DNA of 64,000 nt from NCBI GenBank assembly GCA_963836755.1, contig CAWIKF010000002.1:672001-736000 (forward strand), in the 5' to 3' direction. Positions 9,875 to 19,453 of this stretch are shown piece by piece; position 1 is the stretch's first letter; the number at the start of each line of letters is the position of its first letter. The translations under genes and the position numbers were made by a program. The notes beneath the pieces are model-generated. The model made no database searches, was not told where the DNA came from, and worked only from the letters and a program-made list of their open reading frames with translations. This DNA is from an uncultured Verrucomicrobiae bacterium. Its GTDB lineage: Bacteria > Verrucomicrobiota > Verrucomicrobiia > Chthoniobacterales > Chthoniobacteraceae.

Positions 9875-11395
9875 ATGAGCAATCTATTCGACCCCCAGAA
9901 GCTGATCCGAAAAATCGCGAACTCGCGGTTCTTGATGATTTCCGCGCTGCTCCATGTGCTGCTAGTCCTGCTTTTTGGCGGCACCGTTCTTTTTAATAAA
10001 TACGTCGAGCCGCCGGACTTTGACGCCGGCGGTGGCGACTTCCTCACCGCCACCGACGTCGCCGAGCCTCCGCAACCGCCGGCGCAAGAAATGCCCACTC
10101 CGCCATCGTCGCTGGCGCCGCCACCCGTTTCCACGCCGACGACCGCGCTGTCCGCGATTGTCAGCATGAACTCCACCGCTCCCTCGTTCACGATGCCGGT
10201 CGCGCAAAACATCGCGCCGACGCTTTCAAATAACCTCACAGACCAGATCGCGAAGGCGCCGCCGACGAATCCTTTGGGCACCGGCCCGATGGCTTCGCTT
10301 CCAGCTGCGATGGGCGGACGCGGCACCGGACGCCGCGCTTCCGTGCTGGCGCAAAATGGGGGCAAAGTTACCAGCGAGCAGGCCGTGGTGAAAGCGCTCC
10401 GCTGGTTGCAAAAAGTGCAGAATCCCGCCGACGGCACGTGGGGCACCGGGAAATATCGCGGCGCGATGACCGGCCTCGCTACGCTCTGTTTTCTCGGCCA
10501 CGGCGAAACTCCCGCGACCTCGCGTGAATTTGGAATTGTGGTGAGCAAGTCGCTCAAGGCGATCGTCGATGAAGGCACGAAGGCAAAAGGAATTCTTAGC
10601 TTCAATGGTGCCCTCTCCAAAGGGAACGAATCAGTTTACGAGCACGCCATCGGCGCCTACGCACTGGGCGAAGCTTACACGATGACGAAGGACGAAACCA
10701 TCACGCCCGTGCTTACGCAGGCGGTCGCTTATATTACAGACGGCCAGCGCCCCGACGGCGGCTGGGCTTACAGCTACGACAAGGGTGCCGATGAGCCGAA
10801 AAAGGTGCCGAAAAGCGACACCTCCGTCAGTGGCTGGCAGGTGCAGGCCTTGAAAGCCGCGCATTTGACTGGTCTCACTTTTCCCGCGGTCGACCCAGCC
10901 CTCGACACATCGATGCGAAACTTTGACCGCGTCTTTGACCCGAAGGACGGCACCTTCGGCTACCGCAAACCGGGCGACCGTCGCAATGGCTCGCTCACCG
11001 GCGTCGGCGTCCTATGCAAACTTTTTTGGCTCGGAAAGTCGGACGCGCTCGTCCGGGACGGCCTCAAGAACATTGAAGGGCACGACGTGAAATACGACAG
11101 CGCTGACGCCAACATTTATTCCTGGTATTACGACACGCAGGCCTGTTTCCAAGCGCAAGGCCCGTCTTGGGATCGCTGGAACCGCCAGTTTCAGGACGAG
11201 CTTGTGAGCCATCAATCCCCCGACGGAAGCTGGCCCGCCACTGGCGGCAAGGAAACCGGCGGCATGAACGGCGCCGACATCAACAGCCAGATTTACCGCA
11301 CCACGCTCTGCGCCCTCATGCTTGAGGTCTACTACCGCTACCTTCCGACGAGCAAGGAATCGAATGCCGGCGCGGGAACTCCCACGGGTTTATAA
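9875..11395 (+). CDS. Membrane-anchored prenyltransferase/squalene-cyclase repeat protein
   Basis: N-terminal SxxxH TM, Pro-rich linker, QW repeats (QNPADGTW, QRPDGGW, QSPDGSW), SDTSVSGWQVQALK. Confidence 0.8.
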   Translation: MSNLFDPQKLIRKIANSRFLMISALLHVLLVLLFGGTVLFNKYVEPPDFDAGGGDFLTATDVAEPPQPPAQEMPTPPSSLAPPPVSTPTTALSAIVSMNSTAPSFTMPVAQNIAPTLSNNLTDQIAKAPPTNPLGTGPMASLPAAMGGRGTGRRASVLAQNGGKVTSEQAVVKALRWLQKVQNPADGTWGTGKYRGAMTGLATLCFLGHGETPATSREFGIVVSKSLKAIVDEGTKAKGILSFNGALSKGNESVYEHAIGAYALGEAYTMTKDETITPVLTQAVAYITDGQRPDGGWAYSYDKGADEPKKVPKSDTSVSGWQVQALKAAHLTGLTFPAVDPALDTSMRNFDRVFDPKDGTFGYRKPGDRRNGSLTGVGVLCKLFWLGKSDALVRDGLKNIEGHDVKYDSADANIYSWYYDTQACFQAQGPSWDRWNRQFQDELVSHQSPDGSWPATGGKETGGMNGADINSQIYRTTLCALMLEVYYRYLPTSKESNAGAGTPTGL

Positions 11396-11439
11396 GTCGC
11401 GATTCGCTCGCGAGCCAGTTCGAGCAGTTCAGTAGTTGC

Positions 11440-12573
11440 TTACGGCGTCGATGCCGCGGCGGCTTTGCCGGCCCAGTCCCACTTTTTCAGATCGCTGCTC
11501 CACGCGATGCCGATGCTGGCAAAGTTATCGAATCCGCCGCGCGGGTCTTTTTCTTCGTAAGCCGACCCATGAAAAAACATGAGCGCCTTGCCGATTGCGG
11601 GATCTTTTCGCAAATCCAAGACGAAGCCCGCACTCAACCGTCCCTGCGCCCACGGCCAATCTTTTTGCCCTAGCGTCAGGATTCCTTCGCTCGTCCATTT
11701 CTGGAGATCGGGCGAGCGCTTCACACCGATGCCGTCGTGGGGCGAGTAGAATAAAACGTAGTCATTGTTGTCCACGATGACGCACGGGTTTTCGCCACCG
11801 GCGGCCGCGCCGGGGAGTGGAGTCCAGCTTTTCAAGTCGCGCGACCAGGACATTTTCACCTCGCCGTTTTGCTTAAAGAAGCACCACCACTTGCTGGGAT
11901 CATCTTTGTCCGCGAGGAGGAATGGATCGATCATCCGGCCCATTTTTTCGCGCGGGATATCGGAGCCCAGAACTTTCAAAAGCTCCGGCGAACCCCAATT
12001 CTCGAGGTCTTTGCTGCGCATGATCCAGACGCGGGAGTCGGCGTTGCCGAATTTTTCTCCGTGCGGGCGCGGATAGGTCTGGAGGCAGAGAACCCATTCG
12101 TCGCCGAAGCGAACCACATCGCCGGGGCTGCCGTAGTTCAGATTTCGATCGCGCGGCGTGAAAGTTTTGGGCTCGGTCCAGTGCACCAAGTCCCGACTTT
12201 TACTCCACGCGGTGTAGTCAAACGCCTTTTTGTCTGGCTCTACTTTGACTAGCTCGAAGTAAAGATAAAACCAGCCGTCATGATAAATGGCCGCCGGGTC
12301 GCGATACGCTGTTGTGGCGTCGCCTCGGAATATAATCGGCGACTTCAATGCGGAAATGCTGACCGTCGGATCCGCGGGCAGCGTCGCGGCGGGGAGGGAA
12401 ACGCCTGCAGTAAAAGTTGCCGCAATCGCCGCGAAGATGCGCGACGCGTTGAAGAAGCATTCCGGAAAGGAGCCGCGCTGGCACCCGAGCCTGTGCTCCC
12501 CGACTTTCCCAACCGACAGCTTCCCGCATGCGGCAGCTCGCCAAGGCTCCGGTATAGGTTCCAACAACGTCAT
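11440..12573 (-). CDS. Five-bladed beta-propeller glycoside hydrolase (GH32/43-like)
   Basis: YRDP, SRDLVHW, SKDLENW, MIDP, ENP, SPDLQKW repeats; start codon uncertain. Confidence 0.7.
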   Translation of the reverse strand: MTLLEPIPEPWRAAACGKLSVGKVGEHRLGCQRGSFPECFFNASRIFAAIAATFTAGVSLPAATLPADPTVSISALKSPIIFRGDATTAYRDPAAIYHDGWFYLYFELVKVEPDKKAFDYTAWSKSRDLVHWTEPKTFTPRDRNLNYGSPGDVVRFGDEWVLCLQTYPRPHGEKFGNADSRVWIMRSKDLENWGSPELLKVLGSDIPREKMGRMIDPFLLADKDDPSKWWCFFKQNGEVKMSWSRDLKSWTPLPGAAAGGENPCVIVDNNDYVLFYSPHDGIGVKRSPDLQKWTSEGILTLGQKDWPWAQGRLSAGFVLDLRKDPAIGKALMFFHGSAYEEKDPRGGFDNFASIGIAWSSDLKKWDWAGKAAAASTP

Positions 12574-12619
12574 CCTCCCAATGAACCTTCCGAAGCGACT
12601 ACGGTCGAGCACTTCCCGG

Positions 12620-13699
12620 CTATAGCGCCCGTCCATACTGCACCGGCCCGGTCACATCATGCCGCAAGCGCCGTGCGGCATGCAGCGGCCAATAGGGATC
12701 GCGTAAAAGTTCGCGCGCGAGAAACACGATGTCGGCCTGGCCCATGCGGATAATCTGGTCGGCCTGCTCCGCCGCCGTGATCATTCCAACCGCCGCAGTT
12801 GGAATATCCGCTTCCGTTCGCACCTGTTCCGCAAATCGCACTTGATAACCAGGTCCCGTGGGAATCTTCGCGTGCGGGACATTGCCTCCGGAGGAACAAT
12901 CAATGAGATCCACTCCGGAAGCACGAAGCCGTTTCGCGAGAGCGACCGAATCTTCCGCCGTCCAGCCGCCGTCGGTCCAGTCAGTGGCCGAGATTCGGAC
13001 AAAAAGTGGATAGCGTTCCGGCCAGGTTCTGCGCACGACTTCCACCGTTTCGCAGAGCAATCGAATCCGATTATCAAACGACCCGCCGTATCGGTCCGTG
13101 CGATGATTGCTGAGCGGCGAAAGAAACTCATGCAACAGGTAGCCATGTGCGGCGTGAATTTCGACCACCCTTCCGCCCGCCTCCAGCACGCGTCGGGCGG
13201 ATTGTTCAAAGGCAATTAAAACTCGCTTGATCCCGTCATCATCGAGCGCATGAGGGATTTGGTGCCCCTCGTCAAACGGCAGATCGCTGGGCGCATAGAT
13301 TGGAGTCCAGCCGCCTTTTGACTCGTCAGCGGGCTTGCCGCCGTTCCACGGTTCTCTGGTGCTCGCCTTTCGACCCGCATGAGCCAATTGCACGCCGGCC
13401 ACCGCTCCTTGCTTTTCAATAAAGGCAAAGATGCGCGCCAGCGGTTCAATATGCTCATCCTTCCAAATGCCGAGATCGCCCGGACTGATACGTCCCTCCG
13501 GAACAATCGCGGTCGCCTCACTGAGAACCAGACCTGCTCCCCCGACGGCGCGGCTGCCAAGATGGACGAGGTGCCAGTCATTGGCAAAGCCGTCCACGCA
13601 GGAATACTCACACATCGGCGAGACCCCAATCCGATTGCGGAAATCGACATCGCGAAGTTTGAAGGGCGCAAATAAATTGTCGGAGCCAACGGTTGCCAT
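12620..13699 (-). CDS. NADH:flavin oxidoreductase / old yellow enzyme (NamA/YqjM type)
   Basis: RNRIGVSPMCEYS, QLAHAGRKAS, EIHAAHGYLLHEFLSPLSN, RELLRDPYW; start taken as the ATG at 13699. Confidence 0.93.
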   Translation of the reverse strand: MATVGSDNLFAPFKLRDVDFRNRIGVSPMCEYSCVDGFANDWHLVHLGSRAVGGAGLVLSEATAIVPEGRISPGDLGIWKDEHIEPLARIFAFIEKQGAVAGVQLAHAGRKASTREPWNGGKPADESKGGWTPIYAPSDLPFDEGHQIPHALDDDGIKRVLIAFEQSARRVLEAGGRVVEIHAAHGYLLHEFLSPLSNHRTDRYGGSFDNRIRLLCETVEVVRRTWPERYPLFVRISATDWTDGGWTAEDSVALAKRLRASGVDLIDCSSGGNVPHAKIPTGPGYQVRFAEQVRTEADIPTAAVGMITAAEQADQIIRMGQADIVFLARELLRDPYWPLHAARRLRHDVTGPVQYGRAL

Positions 13700-13856
13700 T
13701 GGTGAATAAACGTCCGTGCTTGGAAAGTTGGTTCCACCTACCCACACTTCATACAGCAGGTCACGAGGACACGGTTTCGCTATAATCGAAACAGGCGTGG
13801 ACCGGCATGATCGTCGCATGTGCGGCCACAATTGCCTGGATGCGGTTGAGCCGAAA

Positions 13857-13930
13857 TCGGGCCGGCGGGATTCGAACCCACGACCTCTTGAACCCCATTC
13901 AAGCGTTCTACCAAGCTGAACTACGGCCCG
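13857..13930 (-). tRNA. tRNA-Pro(GGG)
   Basis: Reverse complement folds as a cloverleaf; anticodon arm CTTGA-ATGGGGT-TCAAG; T-loop GGTTCGAATCC. Confidence 0.95.
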
Positions 13931-13935
13931 AAAAA

Positions 13936-14009
13936 CGGAGCCTACGGGGCTCGAACCCGCAACCTCTGCCGTGACAGGGCAGCGCTCTAACCAATTGAGC
14001 TAAGGCTCC
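13936..14009 (-). tRNA. tRNA-Asp(GTC)
   Basis: GGAGCCTTAGCTCAATTGGTTAGAGCG, anticodon arm CTGCC-CTGTCAC-GGCAG, GGTTCGAGCCC. Confidence 0.95.
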
Positions 14010-14109
14010 TCGAAAGAGCCGCGCACCTTACGGCGTCGCACCGGGCTCGGCAATGTTTTTCTCGCGCGATTTGCGCTTTTGCCCGCCATCGGTTAGGACG
14101 AAAAACAAC

Positions 14110-15639
14110 ATGCGCGATTTCTATGACGTGGTGATTATCGGCGGCGCTTTTTCCGGGGCGGCGACGGGGCTTTTATTGAAGCGCAAACGACCCGAGCTCC
14201 GAGTGCTCATCGTGGAGAAAAGCGCGGAGTTTGACCGCAAAGTCGGCGAATCGACCACCGAAGTTTCCTCGTGTTTTTTGACGCGCGTGCTCGGCCTTTC
14301 GACTTATCTCGGGCACGAGCAGCTCGCGAAACAAGGGCTGCGGCTTTGGTTCGCAAACGACTCCGAGCAGCCGTTTGAGGAATGCGTTGAAGTTGGCGCG
14401 CGTTACAATTCGCGGCTGCCCGGATTTCAAGTCGATCGCGCGAAACTGGATGCGCATTTGCTGGAGCTCGCCGAAGCGGAAGGATGCGAAGTCCTCCGGC
14501 CGGCGAAGGCCGTCGACATTCAGCTCAACGGCGTCGGCAAAAACCTTTTGCGGGTCAAAAAAGAGGACGAAAGTCTTTCAGTCACCGCTGGCTGGGTCGT
14601 CGATGCGAGTGGTCGCGCGGCAGTTCTCGCGCGGCAGCTTTCGCATTTCAAACCACTCGCTTCGCACCCGATCAATGCGCTCTGGGCGCGGTTCACCGGC
14701 GTGCGCGATTGGGACGGCCACGCGATGCGCGAGAAATTTCCGCGCTACGCGAGCGCCTGCCGCACCAGCCGCAGCTGGGCGACGAATCACCTCATGGGCC
14801 TCGGCTCGTGGGTCTGGATCATTCCGCTGAAGGGCGGCGATTATTCCGTCGGGCTCGTTTACGATTCGCGGCTTTTCACGCCGCCCGCCGGCGCATCGAT
14901 CGCGGAAAAATTGCGCGCGCATTTCATGGCGCATCCGGTCGGCCGCGAGATTTTGCGCGATGCGCAGCCGGTCGAGCACGACATGCGAGCTTACTCGCTG
15001 CTGCCGTATTCCTCGGAAAAGATTTTCGGCGACGGCTGGGCGATCGTCGGCGACGCCGCCGGCTTCCTCGATCCGTTTTACAGCCCCGGCCTCGACTTTT
15101 GCGCATTCACCTCGCATGGCGCGTCAAGCTTGATCCTAAGAGCTTTCGCGGGCGAAGAGCTCGCGCATGCGATGGAAAAATATAACGAGCGATTTCGTTT
15201 TTGTTTCCACTCGTGGTTCGACGCAATTTATCGCGACAAGTATTTTTACATGGGCGACGCGGAGCTGATGGCGGCCGCGTTTTTACTCGATATTTCCGGC
15301 TACCATCTCGGCCCGGTGCGGCAGGTTTATGAAAATCCCAACGAGCAGTTTGATTTTTTCCCGTTCGACGGTGTGCCGGGAAAAGTCGCTGCGAGTTTGC
15401 TGAAATTTTACAATCGCCGACTCTCCGCACTCGCGCGCCGGAAAATCGCCGCCGGTGTTTATGGCGATCGAAACAAAGAGTGGCGGCTGCTGGTTGGCGG
15501 TTTCGTGCCTGATGCGAGCATGCTGAAATTGGTGCGGCAAGGACTGCTGCGCTGGTGGCGCGCCGAGCTGCGTTGTCTGTTTTTGCGAAAGGCGGCCGCG
15601 GCGATCGAGCAGCCCATGCCGGTGACGGCGGCGACCTAA
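14110..15639 (+). CDS. FAD-dependent oxidoreductase, flavin-dependent halogenase family
   Basis: IIGGAFSG FAD motif, RKVGEST, WVWIIPL (WxWxIP), GDAAGFLDPFYSPG. Confidence 0.8.
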   Translation: MRDFYDVVIIGGAFSGAATGLLLKRKRPELRVLIVEKSAEFDRKVGESTTEVSSCFLTRVLGLSTYLGHEQLAKQGLRLWFANDSEQPFEECVEVGARYNSRLPGFQVDRAKLDAHLLELAEAEGCEVLRPAKAVDIQLNGVGKNLLRVKKEDESLSVTAGWVVDASGRAAVLARQLSHFKPLASHPINALWARFTGVRDWDGHAMREKFPRYASACRTSRSWATNHLMGLGSWVWIIPLKGGDYSVGLVYDSRLFTPPAGASIAEKLRAHFMAHPVGREILRDAQPVEHDMRAYSLLPYSSEKIFGDGWAIVGDAAGFLDPFYSPGLDFCAFTSHGASSLILRAFAGEELAHAMEKYNERFRFCFHSWFDAIYRDKYFYMGDAELMAAAFLLDISGYHLGPVRQVYENPNEQFDFFPFDGVPGKVAASLLKFYNRRLSALARRKIAAGVYGDRNKEWRLLVGGFVPDASMLKLVRQGLLRWWRAELRCLFLRKAAAAIEQPMPVTAAT

Positions 15640-15690
15640 GCCGCGAATTTTGCATTTCCTTTTCGACGCGATTCCCGTCTGAATTGCCGC

Positions 15691-17271
15691 ATGCCCACCA
15701 CGTCTCTTTGGCCGCGATTTCAGAAACATCTTCTGCGCTATTCGGATTTGGGATTTGCGCTCGACATCAGTCGCATGCGTTTCGGCGACGACTTTTTCGC
15801 GAAAATGCAGCCGCGCGTGGAAGCTGCGCTGCAGCAAATGAAGGAACTCGAGGCCGGCGCGATCGCGAACCCGGACGAGCAGCGGATGGTCGGTCATTAC
15901 TGGCTGCGCTCGCCGGAGCTGGCGCCGAATGACAATCTGCGCGGCGAGATCGAGCGGACGCTCGCCGACATCAAAACTTTCGCCGCAGCAGTGCATGGTG
16001 GAAAAATTTCCACGCCCAGCGGAGCAAAGTTCACGGACATTTTGCTCGTCGGGATTGGCGGCTCGGCGCTCGGCCCGCAGTTCATCGCCGATGCACTCGG
16101 CACGCCGGTCGATGCGATGCAGATCCACTTTTTGGACAACACCGATCCGGACGGCTTCGACAAAGTTTTTGAAAAAATGGACTGCCTCGCGACGACGCTC
16201 GCCGTGGTGATTTCAAAATCCGGTGGCACGAAGGAAACGCGCAACGGAATGCTCGAGGCCGCCGCGCGTTTCAAAGCCGCCGGGCTCGACTTTCCGAAGC
16301 AAGCCGTGGCCGTGACCGGCGACGGAAGCGAGCTCGACAAAGTCGCGGTGAGCGAGGGCTGGCTGAAACGCTTTCCAATGTGGGATTGGGTCGGTGGCCG
16401 GACGTCGGTGATGAGCGCGGTCGGGCTGGTGCCGATGGCGTTGCAAGGGCTCGATGTGGACAAATTTCTCGCGGGCGCAGCCGCGATGGATGCGAAAACG
16501 CGCGTTAATGATCCGCAAAAGAACGCGGCGCTTCTGCTCGCGCTGATGTGGCATTTCGCCGGCAACGGACGCGGCGAGAAGGACATGGTGATTCTTCCTT
16601 ACAAAGATCGGCTCGTCCTTTTTTCAAAATATTTGCAGCAGCTCGTGATGGAGTCGCTCGGCAAAGAGCGCGACCTCGACGGCGAAGTCGTGCATCAAGG
16701 CATTGCGGTTTACGGCAATAAAGGGTCGACCGATCAGCATGCTTATGTGCAACAACTGCGCGACGGTGTGGCCAACTTTTTCGCGACCTTCATCGAGGTG
16801 CGGCGCGACCGAAACGGCGTTTCGATGGAGGTGGAGCCGGACGTGACGGCGGGCGATTATCTGCAAGGATTTTTGCGCGGGACGCGGACCGCGCTTTATG
16901 AAGGCGGCCGCGACTCGATCACGATCTCGATCGCGCAGGTCGATGCGTTCACTGTCGGGATGCTGATCGCGCTTTACGAGCGCGCGGTGGGTTTTTACGC
17001 ATCGCTCGTGAACATTAATGCATATCATCAGCCGGGCGTGGAAGCGGGGAAAAAAGCCGCGGCAAAAATTTTGCAACTGCAGCTCACGGTCGCGAAACTT
17101 TTACGCGAATCAGCGGGGAAAAATCTCTCCGTTGCGGAGATCGCGGCAGCGGCCGGCGCGGATCTGGAGGAGACGTATCACGTGTTGAATCACCTGGCGG
17201 CGAACTCGTCAAAATTCAGCTGCACTGCTGCATCCGCGCCGGCGGACGAAACGTTTTCCTACAACGCGTAA
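15691..17271 (+). CDS. pgi: Glucose-6-phosphate isomerase
   Basis: [40 protein letters not shown]. Confidence 0.97.
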   Translation: MPTTSLWPRFQKHLLRYSDLGFALDISRMRFGDDFFAKMQPRVEAALQQMKELEAGAIANPDEQRMVGHYWLRSPELAPNDNLRGEIERTLADIKTFAAAVHGGKISTPSGAKFTDILLVGIGGSALGPQFIADALGTPVDAMQIHFLDNTDPDGFDKVFEKMDCLATTLAVVISKSGGTKETRNGMLEAAARFKAAGLDFPKQAVAVTGDGSELDKVAVSEGWLKRFPMWDWVGGRTSVMSAVGLVPMALQGLDVDKFLAGAAAMDAKTRVNDPQKNAALLLALMWHFAGNGRGEKDMVILPYKDRLVLFSKYLQQLVMESLGKERDLDGEVVHQGIAVYGNKGSTDQHAYVQQLRDGVANFFATFIEVRRDRNGVSMEVEPDVTAGDYLQGFLRGTRTALYEGGRDSITISIAQVDAFTVGMLIALYERAVGFYASLVNINAYHQPGVEAGKKAAAKILQLQLTVAKLLRESAGKNLSVAEIAAAAGADLEETYHVLNHLAANSSKFSCTAASAPADETFSYNA

Positions 17272-17972
17272 TGAATCCCAATCCCGCTTCCGACGATCCC
17301 GAAATTCCGTTTTCGCGGCTCTCGATATTCATGCGGCAGGTCGCGCATGACGTGCGCAATGGCCTGAATGCGATCGATCTCGAGGCTGCATTCATCGCGG
17401 AGCTGGTGACCGATCCCGAAGCCGCGGAGGAAGTGAAAAAGCTGCGCGCGATGGTGAGCAATGTCGCGCAAAGCTTGCAGAAGCTCACGGCGAAATTTTC
17501 GAATCCATCGCTCAACTTGATCGACATTCGCGCGAGCGATTTTGCGCAGGCGTTCCGCGAGCGGGTGGAGCAAAGTTTCGCCGAGAAAAAAGCGAACTTC
17601 CAATGGTCGGGCGGATTTAAGGAGGAGACGATCGAGATCGACTACGAAATGTTTTCTGCGGCGCTTTTGGAGCTTTTTCATAACGCAATTCACTTTCGTG
17701 AGAAAGATGCGTCGATCACTTTTCGCCTCGACGTTCGCAACGGCCAGGTTTTTTTTGAATTGGCGGAAACCAAGGCTGCACCTGCATTTGCGCTGAATGG
17801 CTGGAGTTTTGAGCCGCTCGTCTCAACGCGTCGCAGCGGCTACGGACTCGGCCTTTTTCAAGCCCGTCGCATCATCGAGGCGCACGGCGGCACGCTTGCA
17901 TTTGAGCATGTGGATGGACGGCTGCTCACCTCGGTGAAACTGCCAGTAGCCGCTCCCGTCGCGCGCGCATGA
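17271..17972 (+). CDS. Histidine-kinase-like protein (HisKA plus degenerate HATPase, no sensor domain)
   Basis: H-box AHDVRNGL, N-box ELFHNA, G2 GYGLGL..HGG; no evident DxGxG box. Confidence 0.75.
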   Translation: MNPNPASDDPEIPFSRLSIFMRQVAHDVRNGLNAIDLEAAFIAELVTDPEAAEEVKKLRAMVSNVAQSLQKLTAKFSNPSLNLIDIRASDFAQAFRERVEQSFAEKKANFQWSGGFKEETIEIDYEMFSAALLELFHNAIHFREKDASITFRLDVRNGQVFFELAETKAAPAFALNGWSFEPLVSTRRSGYGLGLFQARRIIEAHGGTLAFEHVDGRLLTSVKLPVAAPVARA

Positions 17973-19369
17973 TGAGAAAAATCGTCGTCATCGATGACGA
18001 GCGGCCGGTGCTGATGACGCTCGACGCATTGCTCAAGCGCAAAGGTTTTGAAGTGCATCTCGCGCCGACTGCGGCAGCGGGATTGGCAACGATTGCAAAG
18101 GTGCAGCCGGATCTTGTTTTGCAGGACCTCGGGCTGCCGGATGCAGACGGACTTGAAACGCTCGCGAAGCTGAAGCAGGCGAATCCGAAGCTGGTTGTTG
18201 TTATACTTTCCGCGCACGACTCGTTAAACAACGCCATCGAGTCGATCAAGCTCGGCGCGTTTCATTTCATCAGCAAACCTTACGCGCCGGAGGAGCTGCT
18301 CAACGTGGTCTCACGCGCGCTGGAGCAGTGCGAACTGGTGCGCGAAACGGAAAATCTTCGCGCGGAAAAAGCGGTGCTTTCGCGGCGTCTCGAGGAGGTC
18401 GAGCAGCAGCTCGCGCCCGTCTTCGCCAGCCGCTCGATGCGCGAGATCGAGGTGCTGATCAAACGCCTGGCGCCGAGCGACGCGAACGTGCTCGTGACCG
18501 GCGAAAGCGGAGTCGGCAAGGAAGTGATCGCTGCGCAAATCCACCGGCAGAGTCGGCGCGCGCACGGTCCGATGGTGAAGCTGAATTGCGCGGCATTTCC
18601 GCAAAACATGATCGAGGCCGAACTTTTTGGTTATGTGAAAGGAGCATTCACCGGCGCGCTGAATGATTTTCCTGGAATGATTCACGAGGCGGCGGAGGGA
18701 ACTTTGTTTCTCGACGAGATCGCGGAGATGCCGGCGGATTTGCAGACGCGCTTTTTACGTGTTTTGCAGGAGCGCGAGTATCGTCCGCTCGGCAGCACGA
18801 AAATGGTGAAGGCAAATTTTCGCCTGATTGCCGCGACGAACAGGGATCTCGACGAAGCCTTGCGCAGCGGCCGTTTGCGGCAGGATCTGTATTATCGGCT
18901 CAAAACTTTTCACGTGGAAATTCCGCCGCTGCGCGAACGGCGCGAAGATATTCCGACGCTCGTCTCGATGTTTGCGCGTCGCTTTTCCACGCAGATGAAC
19001 AAGCCGGAACCGCAGATCACGCCCGAAGCATTTCGTTTCCTCATGGACTATTCGTGGCCCGGAAATGTGCGTGAGCTGCAGAACGCGATCGAGCACGGCA
19101 TCGTGCTTTGCGAGGATGGTTTAGTGACGGGAAAACATATGCCGCGCGAGCTCCAGCTGCCGGCGATTCTGCAGGACGCCGCCGCGCGGCCGGCAACGGG
19201 CGACACGCTCAATCTCGACGAGCGCGAAAAGCAGGCAATCTTAAAAGCGCTCGCGCAAACCCACGGCAACAAGAAAAAAGCCGCGCAGGTGCTCGGCATT
19301 CATCGGCCGACTTTGTATTCAAAAATGAAACGCTATGGGATCGAATTGCGCACGGCGGATGCAGTTTGA
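17969..19369 (+). CDS. Sigma-54-dependent response regulator (NtrC/AtoC family)
   Basis: Receiver domain (IDDE, QDLGLPD, SKP), GESGVGKE, GAFTGA, WPGNVREL, Fis-type HTH. Confidence 0.95.
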   Translation: MMRKIVVIDDERPVLMTLDALLKRKGFEVHLAPTAAAGLATIAKVQPDLVLQDLGLPDADGLETLAKLKQANPKLVVVILSAHDSLNNAIESIKLGAFHFISKPYAPEELLNVVSRALEQCELVRETENLRAEKAVLSRRLEEVEQQLAPVFASRSMREIEVLIKRLAPSDANVLVTGESGVGKEVIAAQIHRQSRRAHGPMVKLNCAAFPQNMIEAELFGYVKGAFTGALNDFPGMIHEAAEGTLFLDEIAEMPADLQTRFLRVLQEREYRPLGSTKMVKANFRLIAATNRDLDEALRSGRLRQDLYYRLKTFHVEIPPLRERREDIPTLVSMFARRFSTQMNKPEPQITPEAFRFLMDYSWPGNVRELQNAIEHGIVLCEDGLVTGKHMPRELQLPAILQDAAARPATGDTLNLDEREKQAILKALAQTHGNKKKAAQVLGIHRPTLYSKMKRYGIELRTADAV

Positions 19370-19453
19370 TGGCGTCGGATTTCACGGGTGGAAAAACTGC
19401 GCGCAAATTTTTTCCGCACGCGCGCCGCGATTTGAAATAACGTTATTTCACCA

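Noticed and set aside
8657..11395. Squalene-hopene cyclase (shc) call
   Set aside because: The proteins are too short, exported or anchored, and lack DxDD; only the QW repeats are shared
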